A stretch of 63,250 bases of DNA, counting the filler, from Licmophora abbreviata (Eukaryota), in assembly GCA_900291995.1 (NCBI GenBank). It is 21 parts of 21 records of this genome, joined end to end, with 100 filler letters (N's around TTAATTAATTAA, not from the genome) between each part and the next. Parts side by side here need not be neighbours in the genome. Positions count along the whole stretch, not along the records: positions 47,350 to 49,304 come from OLMU01005614.1; positions 49,405 to 58,507 come from OLMU01005615.1; positions 58,608 to 59,751 come from OLMU01005617.1; positions 59,852 to 61,072 come from OLMU01005618.1; 17 more parts are not named here. One strand, written 5' to 3'. Shown one piece after another: positions 47,822 through 60,048 of this stretch. The notes under the pieces are model-generated. The model had not been told where the DNA came from and made no database searches. It saw nothing but the letters and a program-made list of their open reading frames with translations. Numbering within the stretch: position 1 is the stretch's first letter; each line of letters starts with the position of its first letter. The position numbers and the translations under genes are program-made.

Positions 47822-48012
47822 TTCAAACTGACGTTAAAAATTGAGTCGAGTCAGTCGAGTCGAGTCACCAGTCAGTCCCGCGGGGTTGGCCTGCCCGCAA
47901 CTCCCAACTGAAACTCCGCGCTAAGCGAAGCGACATCATGGTGCCATTCCGCGGACGACGCCGCTGCTGCGCTTCGTCGGGGATCGACAGAGCGCTGCAT
48001 TGCAAGGCGACA

Positions 48013-49304
48013 ATGCCTCGAAGGGCAGGCCACATAGTTTCGCTGGTAGTCCTCACTTCAATATGCATATTTCATGATGAAAGCAGTGGCGCTGGCGTCA
48101 CAGCATTCAGTTCTACCTTTCTTCCTACGCGGACAAAGTGTATTGCCTTCTTTCTTCCACCATCATCACACATCATCGGCAACGGTTTACTAAAGAGGAA
48201 ATCGAAACTTCCAAAGGCGGAATCTACGACAGACTTTGGTCTGTCGATGAAGATCAAGGTCGGAATCATTGGCTTGCCGAACGTTGGCAAATCGACCTGT
48301 TTCAATGCCCTCGCCCGCAAGTCCCTCGCACAAGCCGCAAATTTCCCGTTTTGCACCATTGACCCCAACGTGGCACAGATCGCTATTCCTGACGTCTACC
48401 TCGATCGTCTTGGTGCCTTTTCCAAGAGTTCACGTACGGTCCCAGCTACGATGGATTTTGTTGACGTGGCGGGTCTTGTTGCGGGCGCTTCCCGAGGAGA
48501 AGGTCTGGGAAATCAGTTCCTTGCGACGATTCGCGAGTGCGATGCCGTGGTGCACCTACTTCGAAACTACGAGGATGAAAGCGTCGTCCATGTGGACGGC
48601 CGAGTCAACCCTGTCGCAGATGCCGAGACTGTGAATCTTGAACAACTGCTCGCAGATGAAGCCCATGTGGAGAGGCGGTTGGAAAAGGCGGGATGTCGAG
48701 GGGAGGAGCGCGAGACACTCGAAATAATCTTGTCCAATTTGAGAAAAGGGGTACCCTCTAGGACTTTGAATCTATCTCCTGCCGCTAAATTCTCAATCAA
48801 GGGCATGGGACTCCTTTCGCTGAAGCCTGTGATTTATGCGTTCAATGTGGACGAGGCTGATTTCTTGTTTGCTCGAGACGCGGCGAACGAATCTGCCCGA
48901 GAGATTCTAAAGTCGATACAGTACTACGACCCCTCTACTGACCTCTTTACAATCGTCAGTGCCAAACTGGAGGCAGGAATATCCGAGCAAAGTCGTGCAG
49001 AACAGATGGACTATTTACAGGGAATGGGTCTGGACGACATGGTCACCGGGGACGAGGGACAACTTGATACACTCTTGAGCTACCGTGCCTTGCCGACACT
49101 CGTCTGTCAGCTACTCAGTCTTGGTCTTGTGTACACAGGACCCGGTGTTCCTCCGAACCGATCGAAAACGACAAGAGCGCATGTCGTTCGATGCGATGCT
49201 TCACCGACGGCAGTTCAAATGGCTGGACGGCTGCATGGGGAGATTGAAAAGGGCTTTATACGAGCGGAAGTGACGTCGACCCCCGTCCTTCTGGAACATT
49301 CGAA
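48013..49304 (+). CDS. ychF: YchF/OLA1 Obg-family ATPase, probably plastid-targeted; 3' end in spacer
   Basis: GLPNVGKST, ANFPFCTIDPN, DVAGLVAGASRGEGLGNQFL, NVDE G4 motif, TGS-domain HGEIEKGFIRAE; signal plus VTAFSS presequence. Confidence 0.9.
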
Positions 49305-49805
49305 NNNNNNNNNNNNNNNNNNNNNNNNNNNNNNNNNNNNNNNNNNNNTTAATTAATTAANNNNNNNNNNNNNNNNNNNNNNNNNNNNNNNNNNNNNNNN
49401 NNNNCCTTTGTCAGTTATTGTCGTGCTCATGTTCGCTTGCTGTGTTTTCGTCTCTATCAAATGTGCAAGGTGTATGATAGCGTTTCTTGTTTCTTCCGTC
49501 CCTCCGCGCGCCTCTTGCGATCATCTCACGCGCGGGCTCGCGATTTAGTTTTCAAAGCGCGCGCGGCTTGTTCGGATCGCGACAGGGCGTTTGAACTTTC
49601 ATCTGTTGATGTGCGTGGTGTGTGATGGCATCCATCCATCGATGACTGCCACAAGCAACAGCTCGTCCTGTTGTGACAACCAAGCTAACTCCGGCCCCTC
49701 TTGCACTACTTCGGATCTATCCATTGGAGCTGACCCGACAAGGCAAGCTCAGATCCAGAGGTTCCCCCCGGACCATCGCTCACGAACTCACCAGTTTTCA
49801 GAAGC

Positions 49806-51458
49806 ATGAGTATGAGACCGATGCTTCTTCTGCTTGTACTTGTCGCCTTCTGCTGCTTTGCAGATGCGACACAGTCGTCTGATGACTTCTTAGTCGATGG
49901 TCTCGAAGAAATCTATCCAGTCTTTGGCACGTTCGAGGGCCGGATGCACGCTGGACTGATTCCCATTGACCGAGACGACGGCGAGCTCATGTTTTGGCTG
50001 TTTGAACCGGAAGCTCCCACGGTGGACGACTCTCTCGTGATTTGGTTCAACGGTGGGCCTGGCTGCTCCAGTTTTCATGCTGGATTGTTCTTCGAGATGG
50101 GGCCAGTCACGACGCCGCTGCAGCCTGCGGGATCCTTTGGACAACTCAACGAGGCCAAGCGTGAGTTCAACAAATACGCATGGACGAACGTTACGACCGT
50201 CATGTATGTCGAACAGCCAGTGGGGACAGGATTCTCTCATGGTGCAGATGCCCCACAGGACGAGTACGGAGTGTCGGAGGACTTTTACAACTTTCTCGTC
50301 AATTTCAACTCGATTTTTCCACAGCATGCGTCCAAGCGTCTCTATCTTGTCGGTGAATCCTATGCTGGCTACTACGTGCCGTCCATGGCGCACTACATTT
50401 ACAACAAGAACAAGACAAGTCGGAAGGTCAATCTTCATGGCATTGCGCTTGGCAACGGATGGGCGAGTGTGGATGACCAAAGCCCCGCAGTGATCGACTA
50501 TGCCTATTGGCATGGGATGATTGATAGTGTGACGAGAGATGCCTTTCATGCGGAATGGGAACACTGCAAACTTCGTACTGGATCTGAACCACCGCCCTTT
50601 CACCCTTTGACAACTCCCGACGAATGTGGAATGATGGAATATGTCCTCAAGGCGGCTGGGGCGGGACTGCTCCAGGGAATGTCGCCCAACACGTACGATG
50701 TCACCACGTGGGACACATATGAGCTTCTCACCAATCCAATCAACTCGGCCGAAGAGTTCTTCAATGACCATCGAGTGCGAGAAAAGCTCCATGTACCAAA
50801 GGAGTTTGTACGCGAATGGGCGGGGTGTATGCCTGGTGCAGGGCGACGTCGACTCGCTACTACTAAGAAGGACGACGAGCCGCTCCCAGGACAGCTTTTA
50901 CTCAAGGACGACAGGCCCCTTTCCATGGCTCCCTACCTTGCCGAGCTGCTCGACGAAGCCAAGATTCAAGTCCTTGTGTACAATGGAGATCGAGATTTGA
51001 GCACTTGTGCGCAAGGTAGCGAAGAAATTTTGAATCGGATGGACTGGAGCGGACACGCGGATTGGCTCAACCCCAAAGCCTACCGTCGCGCGCTTTGGAT
51101 GGTAGACAACTACCCCGCGGGGTGGAGCAAGAGTGTCAAGAACTTGGATTTTCTTATTGTTTACAACAGTGGACATCTCGTTCCATACAATGTTCCCGTG
51201 CCGGCCTTGGATCTAGTCACCCGTCTCGTGACGAACAAGCCTTTCGGAGACGTTGCGATTCCTGTCGTCTTTGAGGCACCGGCGGCATCCTTGCCCAAGC
51301 CGATGGGTCCTCCCAGCGGCAACAGCGTTCTTCCATTCTTCATGGGATCTCTGTTTGGAATGTGCGCCCTCTTTGGCTTTTTCAAGTTCCAGGAAGTGTA
51401 TCGACGAAGAAAGTTGTCTGCTGAGTATGAACGGGTTGGGGATGTTGAGACTTTTTAA
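49806..51458 (+). CDS. Serine carboxypeptidase S10 with a C-terminal TM helix (Kex1-like topology)
   Basis: Signal peptide, WFNGGPGCSS, GESYAG, NGDRDL, SGHLVP, TM helix and a YERV tail. Confidence 0.93.
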   Translation: MSMRPMLLLLVLVAFCCFADATQSSDDFLVDGLEEIYPVFGTFEGRMHAGLIPIDRDDGELMFWLFEPEAPTVDDSLVIWFNGGPGCSSFHAGLFFEMGPVTTPLQPAGSFGQLNEAKREFNKYAWTNVTTVMYVEQPVGTGFSHGADAPQDEYGVSEDFYNFLVNFNSIFPQHASKRLYLVGESYAGYYVPSMAHYIYNKNKTSRKVNLHGIALGNGWASVDDQSPAVIDYAYWHGMIDSVTRDAFHAEWEHCKLRTGSEPPPFHPLTTPDECGMMEYVLKAAGAGLLQGMSPNTYDVTTWDTYELLTNPINSAEEFFNDHRVREKLHVPKEFVREWAGCMPGAGRRRLATTKKDDEPLPGQLLLKDDRPLSMAPYLAELLDEAKIQVLVYNGDRDLSTCAQGSEEILNRMDWSGHADWLNPKAYRRALWMVDNYPAGWSKSVKNLDFLIVYNSGHLVPYNVPVPALDLVTRLVTNKPFGDVAIPVVFEAPAASLPKPMGPPSGNSVLPFFMGSLFGMCALFGFFKFQEVYRRRKLSAEYERVGDVETF

Positions 51459-51797
51459 TATAGCAATAGTTGCAGAAGCAGACTTGCAACGAAAGGGGTC
51501 AGTCTACGCCGGACAAAGCTTTGTTATCCTTGTGTGCATAACACTCTTCTAACGCTAAGGAACTACAGTACTGATCTACGAGATGAGTCTACATGAGACT
51601 TATCGTGCGTACTATCGGAGTGCAGTGGTAGCTCTTAGTGTCAGACTTGAGACTCACCCTCCAATCGACCGATAGCCTAAAAACAGAAATCTAGTCGTTG
51701 CGAGCTACAAGCTTCATTAACATATTTATGGATTTTCACATGACACGTCACGTATTCAGAAGTCCATTCGGGACGTGGAAGGGAAGAGAAAGAACGA

Positions 51798-52370
51798 ATG
51801 GTGTCGGCGACATCACAAAGAGTGAGGAGTGTGTATGATATCGCGATGACAATGAGCAACGATGCAGCGACGACTGCGGAGGGAAAAGCAGAAGAAGGAA
51901 ACGACGCTATGAACTCGTGTATAGAAGAAGCATCAGCAGCGATAGACACAGCCACGGAAAACAGAGAAGAAACGCCGGAAGAGACAAAAGTCGACCCGAG
52001 CGGCGACGACTGGATCCCGGTATTCGTGAACCAAGGTATGCAGTCAGTCTACTGAAGCTCGGCTCGGGAGAAGAATCATGACAAGCAAACAGTAGTCTCA
52101 CACCATCCTCACTTTCCATCGTGTCTAGGGTTACGTCGCTGGGAAGAGAATCGCGCTTCGTGGCTTGGAAAACAGCAGTACAGCGACGACTCGAACAGCA
52201 CAGCGCGTGCGGCAGTAGAACTGGACGTGGACGACGTGATTGACTTGATTTTCAGCCAACGATGGAGACATCCGGAACGCGCTCGAACGAATTTTCCGCA
52301 GCCAGTACCACTCCCTCAAATGGTGGACATATTGGTGGATTTATGGGAAGCGGAGGGACTGGACATGTAA
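51798..52370 (+). CDS. DUF4050 (Gag1-like clamp) protein, 2 exons (intron 52036-52128); not shown intact in the ORF track
   Basis: Splicing GTATGC..TCTAG gives FVNQGLRRWEENRASWLG...FPQPVPLPQMVDILVDLWEAEGLDM*. Confidence 0.8.
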
Positions 52371-52651
52371 ATAATATGATTCTAGTATTTGGGCAGCTTG
52401 ATCATCATGGGACGGAAGAAATCGACGGTAACGTTAAGTCCGTCTCCTCTCACGGCCCTATTTTGGCAAATCTCTACGTGGAAAGAAATATGCGAATCGA
52501 ATGGACCCTCAATTTTGTCTAGAGCTGGAGTCAGTAGCGATTGTGATTGAATCGACTGACTCGTTTGTTTCTGTAAGAGTCGATGACTACTGCTACTATG
52601 ATGTGATACTAGCGTGCTAGTCCTACAACACTCGTACTCGTAGACTTGCTT

Positions 52652-53000
52652 CTAGTAGGCTCGGACTCCTCGAATTCTTGTTCGCATGTTGAGCTGACTG
52701 TGCTTGCACGCATAATACGCATTCCGTTCCGCCAAGCAGTCATCGCTGGCTGTGGCGTCTTTCAAACAGTCCATCACCGATTTCTTGTCGTCTCTGACGC
52801 ACGTTGTTTGTTCCATACAGTTTAGTAAGCTCAAGGCTGCTTCGGAACACTTGGCGGGCTGGAAACAGAAACCGTTTCGAGTTGTATACACACGTAGTGA
52901 GCAAGCAGTGGGAGTGAGTGATGGGAGTTCGACAAAGTCACCAGAGAGTTCATTTTTCGTCTGTTTTCAATTCCGTTTTTCTCACTGCGTGTCGTACCAT
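52652..53000 (-). CDS. COA5: COA5/Pet191 cytochrome c oxidase assembly factor (ATG-only first coding exon, intron 52859-52997)
   Basis: Twin CX9C pattern and C-terminal CKHSQLNMRTRIRG; ATG|GTACGA..TTCCAG|CCC. Confidence 0.8.
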
Positions 53001-53290
53001 GATGGTATCTTAGGTAGCGGGGCTTTCTATCGATTGTACAAAGAGATCAAGAGGAGGACTGCAGAGAATACGACGTATAACACGCTTGCAAAGCTCATCG
53101 CACAGCGGACCTCCACTTTCAACTTGCTGCTGCGAAGAGTGACGACGACGAGTCGTTATTTTCCGGGTGACACAAATCTGCGAGCTGTTGGAGTCGGTAA
53201 ACATTCGGAAGGTACCCCACCCCTACTCGTGGGCGCGCCAAACTTCAACTCTCATTAAAAGATCACTACGATTGCATTGCTCGATCCACG

Positions 53291-56200
53291 ATGTCGAAGC
53301 GAGGCTCCCCGGACAACGTGATTGACCTCGTGGGAGGTCATCGGGAAGACTCAAAACCACAGTCAGAGCTGGAGGATGCGCGAAAGAAGCTCAAGTCGAC
53401 TCCGTCCGCCAAGCAGGCGTCGGGAGCTGACGCCTGCAATGCAATCTCGCTGCTCGACGACGACGAGGAAGGAGACAAGGCCTTTGCCGACTTTCTCTCC
53501 TCCAACGCCTCTTCTCCCTTCGCGGCGGCCCCTAGTGCTGCAGCCACGGCTTCTGCGAACGTCAAAACGGAAGGGGGGACACCGAAGAGTTCCAACGACG
53601 GCGGAGGAGGAAAGCTCGGCCCGACCGCTTTGCTCGAACACCAAGACGACGACATTCAGATCGTGGATCCTATTTTACCGACGATTCATCCCGAAGGAGG
53701 CTCCGCTGCTGGCCTAGCAATCTCCACGAACAATGATGAAGACGTGCAGGTCGTCGGAACTGCCAACGAGACGCGTCTCCCTCACATGCGCCAGCATTGC
53801 ACCGTGCATACCTTCATGACCGAGGAACGCTATGATCCTTCCTTCAAGGCAGCGAACGCCAAATTCTGCGACCTGTGTTTCTGTTATGTCTGTGATAAGC
53901 CAGCGAGCGAGTGTTCCCAGTGGACGAGGCACTGCTGTGCGACGGACTCTGGGCCGCGAGCGTGGGTCTGGAAGTGTGAGCGAGAAACAGTCAAGCGCGT
54001 TTCGGGATCCATCAGCAGCCCTGCCACTGGTGGCGGGCCTTTTCCTCCTGATCATGAAACCGCGCATCCCAACAAGACTCTCACACAGTGTCGCAGGTGT
54101 AGCTGGTTCTATCGTTTCGACCATCGCAACTTCAGTGTTCAAATAGATCGTGGACCGGGGTGCCTCGATTGGTGTCGCGCGTGCGGACGCATCGCCAGCA
54201 AGAAGAGCTTCCGTCGTCTGCAGGCTAGTCCGTTCATGCCGAGTAACACTTTCGACGTTTTTCTTGGCGAGAGGGTGGTTAAGTTTCGCTTGCACTCGCA
54301 CGACCCGAGGCTCTTTGACAGGTTCAAAGAGAGATGGGAGACGAATGCTGGAAATGACCCAAAATGGAACTACAGCAAAGCAGAAATGGACAAAGACCTC
54401 TTCTGTCATCGTTTTGGTCCCTTCCCCTGTCTCGAGATGATCCTGGCCAGTCTACCGACGTGCAAACTTGACGAGATTCCAAAGACGGGAACCATCCGTC
54501 GGCGAGATGAGTATTACCGTGGAAGTGAGATTTCGGCCGACAACACGGATGTGCTCCTCCTGGAGAATCCATCCGACCGCGCTCTACTCCAGGAATTGCT
54601 TAACTTTGGTTCCATCGGCTTCAAAGACCGAAATACAGACGCTCTCCTTGATGGCAACATCGTGGCCAACTGGAACACTGCGGCGCGGACCGGGGTGAGC
54701 GCGTTCACAGAATACTGTGTAGGACAGTATGGCCCCATGCTAACACGAGTTTGCCTCACTTGTATCCGCCACTTAGGAATTTAAACTCCAGGTCTATTTA
54801 CGTTCCAAAGCATTTGTCGAAAGGGTTTGGTATGGCGAAAGAAGTGCTCAAATGTCTAAATTCTTCGGCATGTGGTTCGGTATCTTCCCATTCCCATTGG
54901 TGGACCTGTGCCGCACTAGACGAGCGACAGGCGCGTCGGCACCTCGCTCGGATTCCAATTCTGAACGCATGGATGACGACCGCTCTTCCGCCGAATCTCA
55001 TTCCCCGGATGCTCCGAGCACTACCGAAGCCGAACCAACTGCCATCAACGACGAGATAGTAGAGTCCAAAGAGAAGGTCGATCAATTCTACAAAACTGCC
55101 GAGCTCAATGAACGAAATCTATCCCTCGTGTCTGGGCGATCTGAGCTCCTTGGCGGGACCTGCGGTTCCGGCGAGACGACCCTCGGCTCTCTTCTGAAAA
55201 GCTACGCGCGAGAAACACTGGTGGAGGACGTTTGCAACAGTTCATACAGTGAAAACGCCCATCCACTTTCGGCGGGGGATGAGCTTGTCCGCTGGAGGTA
55301 CGATAGTAAACCAGGTGTCCTGCTGGTCTCGAGGCCATTCAAACGTACGTCCTTCCGATGTTACGTCCAAGACGAAGACCACGACTTCATTCCTCTTGTT
55401 CGTATTGATATGTTGAAAATGTACAATGGATGCAAGACGCTGGCCTCCGTGATGGACCACATGGAGAATCTGCACCACGCTTCCGCACCCTACGTTGAAG
55501 GATTGACGGTGGACCTGTTGGAGTTCCAGCGTCAGAGTCTCCAATGGGCGCTCGAACGAGAGCAGACACCTGGAGGAGTTCAGAGCTTTCTCTGGTCTGA
55601 ACTCCCGTCGCTTGGTCAGCCAGGCAACACAGTGTACTTCAACCCGATTCTGGACCGTTGTCGAAGCAGTAAGCCTCGGCTTGTCCGTGGCGGGATAATT
55701 GCCGAGGAGATGGGTAAGTGGAATCGTTTCATTCGTCACCCTCATAGCCTTTTGATGCGTTATCGCTTATGCCAATTTCGTCGTGTACATTACAGGCCTC
55801 GGAAAGACTGTCATGTCGCTCGCGCTGATCTTGGAGAATCCTGCTCCTCAACTACCCGCGTCGGGAAGTCCGATCTCTTCGCTTTCTGTTGCCGTCAATC
55901 CTCCTGCCACCAACACAAACGAGGGTGCGGTCGAGTGGGATTCTTCGCTTTATGCACGTACATCGTCATCCAAAATCAAGCGAGGCAGTATTCTCTCTCG
56001 AGGTACGCTCGTTGTGGTAAGTGTGCCGGTCATGTAGTCTCGCACTACATTCGAGTGGGGGCGTTCACGGATTGCGTTTTGTTGGTGCACTATTTGCTCA
56101 CCGTGTTGCATCTCGTAGTGTCATGTGTCGCTGGTAGGTCAGTGGATTGACGAAGCTAGATCAAAGCTTAAGGATCCAGGGCTGGTTTACCCGTATCACG

Positions 56201-58053
56201 GCCACAACCGCAAGCGTGACGCGGAGACGCTGGCGAAGAACTCGATTGTTGTGACGACTTACCAGACGCTGGCATCCGATGTCTCCTACCACGCTAAGAA
56301 GAATGGCGCCGACTACTGTGCACCTTGCGAGCAGGTTCGTTGGTGGCGAGTCATTTGCGATGAGTCTCATTCGCTTCGCGATTCGAATACTCGGAAGTCA
56401 GCTGCAGTGATGGATCTTGTGGCAGACAATAAATGGCTTGTGTCCGGTAAGTGCATGGCTCCGCGGCGGAACGCCATGGATTATCTCTTATTTTCTCAAC
56501 GATCGTTTATTTTGTGTATTCCGGTCCTGGGTACGACGGCAGGTACCCCGGTCAATACTACTTTCAACGACCTGAAGAACCAGTTGAAGTTTATCGGTCT
56601 CGAAAACGTGGACGAATTGTTCCGCATTTTCAGGCGCACCGCCTTTCATCACACCAGCGATCCAAGCGTTCCGAAGAGAGCGCGAATGGATTACAAAGAA
56701 GACGTACGGCGCTTCGGACCTTTCGTATTCTTCCTTCGGAACGTCATGATGCGCCACACGCACCAGCAGAAATATCGTGGAACTACGACGACACTGATGT
56801 CGCTGCCACCAAGAGTGAGTTGGATGCTCATCTTGCTGAAGATCACTTTTATCTTTGATTTTAAACTTATCTCCTTCTTCTTTTCCATCTGATAGACCGA
56901 GCGATCTGTGGAGATCGAATTTTCCCAAGGAGAAAAACAGCAGTATCTGACTCTGGAGAATGAAGCTCGTCAATCCTACTTGGCCTTTAAGAGGGAACGA
57001 GGCCACGAACTGAGCAAATATTTCTTGCGTTTGTCTCAGAAGTTGACCCCTCTCCGGATCGCAGCATCGGGAGGTCGGATACCTCTACAAGACGAAAAGA
57101 CCGAAGCCAGAGACGGGGAGCAAAACGACGACTCGGATGAGGAGACGGATACGAAGAAGAAGTATCGTAAGAAGGTTGTACACCTGTCCGAGTTTGCGTA
57201 CACGAGCAAATTCAAAGCTCTGTTGACTGAGCTCACGAATATTCGCGACAACGATCCCGACGGTAAGCTCACTTGTTGCATGAATAATTTGGTTGGCGCA
57301 GGACGGCTGGACGTGCATCTCACTAATCCATGCTACCTGCGCCGTATACATCTCTGCCCGTACAGCCAAGAGCCTCGTCTTTTCTCAGTTTACGACGACG
57401 CTCGAGTGGCTTCAACAGGAACTCCCGAAGCATGGATTTTTGTTCCGCACGTTGTCGGGAGACATGACCATGAAGAAGCGAGCCAAAGCCCTTCACGATT
57501 TTCAAAACGATCCTCCCACGACAATATTTCTACTCAGCATGAGGTACGTATCGGCAACGATCGAAATTCCGGTCCATCGGCAAACGCGTTGCTAACCTCC
57601 CGCATGATCGACAATTGTAGAGCTGGAGCTGTGGGCATCAACTTGACGCAGGCGAATCGTGTGTTTCTAATGGAACCGTCGTTCAATCCGGCCTTGGAGG
57701 CCCAGGCTGTTGGACGTGTCCATCGTTTAGGTCAGAAGCGCGATGTAGAGATTATACGTCTGATCATGAAAGACTCGGTCGAAACGCGGCTCGTGGAAAT
57801 GCTAAAGAAGAAATATGGTGACGCCTCAGGCCACGGTGGAAGCGATGGCGACGCCGATGAGAAGAAGAAGAGTCTTCCTACAAGTGCGGCGGCGTCATTG
57901 ATTGGAAGTATCCACACGGACAGGACGACGGTTCTGGCTGCCGAGTTTGACTTGTTGTTTGGAATCGAAGGTGCTGGTACAACGACGAGCGACGTAGTAG
58001 CGGCGATGGGAACGAATGAAGACTTGGACCCCTTTGATTCTTTTGATCTCTGA
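53291..58053 (+). CDS. SNF2-family (Rad5/16-like) ATPase with N-terminal Cys/His clusters, multi-exon, no RING domain
   Basis: Spliced GGIIAEEM|GLGKT, VVTTY, ICDESH, SG|TP, KSLVFSQF, GINLTQANRVFLMEP and QAVGRVHRLGQ. Confidence 0.88.
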
Positions 58054-58607
58054 TGTCTTTTCAGAAAACTCAGTGAAAGAATAGTTCCCTGAAGTAATTG
58101 ATCTCTTGTTTGTCTTTCTGATGGTGGACATCTTGGGCTCAAGTTGGCGTCATTTGAATGTTTCAGGATGGGGTCAGGCATTCCGCGATTGAGCGTTGCG
58201 TCTTTCCCTGGCTTACCCCATGCAACCCGTAGCGACACCAGAAGTTGTTGGTCGCCCTTCGAGAGTGAGAGGTCATAACAACAGAACGAGCAGTCCCTGG
58301 TCCCGGTGCACTACCTGGTGGACTTCATGGCAGAAATCGCATCGGCGCCAACGTAACGGTAGACTGTCCGACCATGTTAGTTCAGTTTTTCCGCGCTTTT
58401 CCGTTTGAGTTTTCAAAGAGTTTCCATAGCTCGAGAGCTCGTGCCCACGACTTGAACAACTTTTACGCCGCGAACTTGTCGGCATAAACGTACCGGTATT
58501 CGTACCTNNNNNNNNNNNNNNNNNNNNNNNNNNNNNNNNNNNNNNNNNNNNTTAATTAATTAANNNNNNNNNNNNNNNNNNNNNNNNNNNNNNNNNNNNN
58601 NNNNNNN

Positions 58608-59037
58608 ACGAGAGAGAGAGAGAGAGAGATGGGGAAAAAAGCCGTGTCAGCCCGCAATGTCACACCAACAACGACGCGTTCTTCTGCAAGAATCTCCGCC
58701 CACTACAAGCACTGCACTTACAGGACGACGGGATTCCGGTCGGATAGAACGTCGGGGACGTTGTCGGAAAGTTTGTGGGCGATGCACTTGGACTGGGCGA
58801 TGTAGGAGCTGCGGTGGGGGGTACTATCGGCGCCATTGTCATAGGCGCAACAGGTACGAAAGTGGTTGGCAATCGATCCTCCATGAGGTGACGACGCCTT
58901 GTTGCTTGTTGTTTCCTTGAAGGCACCGATCCTTGTCGCAGGGCGTCCGATGGAAGGATAACGAGTGCCATCAGGATTGTCAAGTATCCGACAGCATTGC
59001 GCAACGAAGAGAACGCCTCAGTTCTGAATTTTCCCAT
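58608..59037 (-). CDS. Secreted Pro/Thr-rich protein, first exon 58722-59037; rest in spacer
   Basis: Signal peptide, RRRHL, PTxxPT repeats, GTAAGT donor at 58721; (CT)n tract before the spacer. Confidence 0.55.
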
Positions 59038-59352
59038 GTTGACAAAGCAGTCTTGATTTGGTTTTTGAGTTTTACCGCAACACGAGACGGTGTGAGGATT
59101 CAATCTCTTTCTGCTGCCTTTTATCCGACACTCTGTTCCTTCTTTGCGGAAACTCTTGTCCGGCTGACGATGCAACTACCAGGTACAGTAGACCAATGAT
59201 AGCTTGGTCAATTCGTACTTGCTTGTTTATTGTGATGTTGTTTTTGGTCGGTCTCAAATTGAAGTTCACCTCCGCGGCTACCGGTACAATGGCCATATCA
59301 TAGGTCTACTTTCCGGTGAAAAATTTGCATCAGACAACGCCAGCCACTCCTA

Positions 59353-59559
59353 GTTTGGAACTTTGCTTACGTAAATTCTCAGTAGATTTTCAACGGAGTC
59401 TTGGATGGCCGACGGGCGTGAACTGATGAGGTGGTTCAACTCCGACAATGAGCATAAATAACTTTTTTCTCATCTACGGAGTTGAACTTATATATTTCAT
59501 TTCAAACCCCAATGTAACATTCAATGATGTCTGCTCAGAATTCAGAATTAGTTCCAAAC
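59353..59559. repeat. Long imperfect inverted repeat (fold-back)
   Basis: Nested arm pairs 59353-62/59550-59, 59374-86/59530-42, 59434-44/59477-87 and 59448-52/59469-73 share one centre. Confidence 0.7.
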
Positions 59560-59628
59560 GCTCGAACTCCCAACTCGCTCGGACTCGACTCACATCCTGG
59601 ACAGCCAAACCGACACACGTACAACAAG

Positions 59629-59985
59629 AACTCTACGCAGATTCTACGCACAGTTCGCAGTACTGAATCTCGAATCTTGGCGGGAAATCTGAAACCCCGA
59701 ATTCTGGAAATTCTCCTGGACCATGGTACTCGGAGTAAAGTACAAAGCATANNNNNNNNNNNNNNNNNNNNNNNNNNNNNNNNNNNNNNNNNNNNTTAAT
59801 TAATTAANNNNNNNNNNNNNNNNNNNNNNNNNNNNNNNNNNNNNNNNNNNNAACTCTACGCAGATTCTACGCACAGTTCGCAGTACTGAATCTCGAATCT
59901 TGGCGGGAAATCTAAAACCCCGAATTCTGGAAATTCTCCTGGACCTGGACCATGGTATTATACTCGGAGTAAAGTACGAAGCATA
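59629..59985 (+). repeat. Direct duplication across a spacer (123 vs 134 bp)
   Basis: 59629-59751 and 59852-59985 differ by 2 substitutions and insertions of 6 and 5 nt. Confidence 0.93.
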
Positions 59986-60048
59986 CGGGTTGCACGGATA
60001 GACTATTCATTCGCTTCCCTTGCTGCTGACTATCTCATCTGCCCCACT

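Noticed and set aside
49890..50792. Long antisense and overlapping ORFs (also 28795-29556, 38680-39405, 53714-54409)
   Set aside because: Shadows of real genes in roughly 50% GC coding DNA, with no motifs of their own.
58610..58629. (GA)n microsatellite
   Set aside because: Fits the polypyrimidine tract of a minus-strand intron.
59423..59500. CTGATGAG before a stem, like a hammerhead ribozyme core
   Set aside because: No GAAA after the stem and no stems I/III found.
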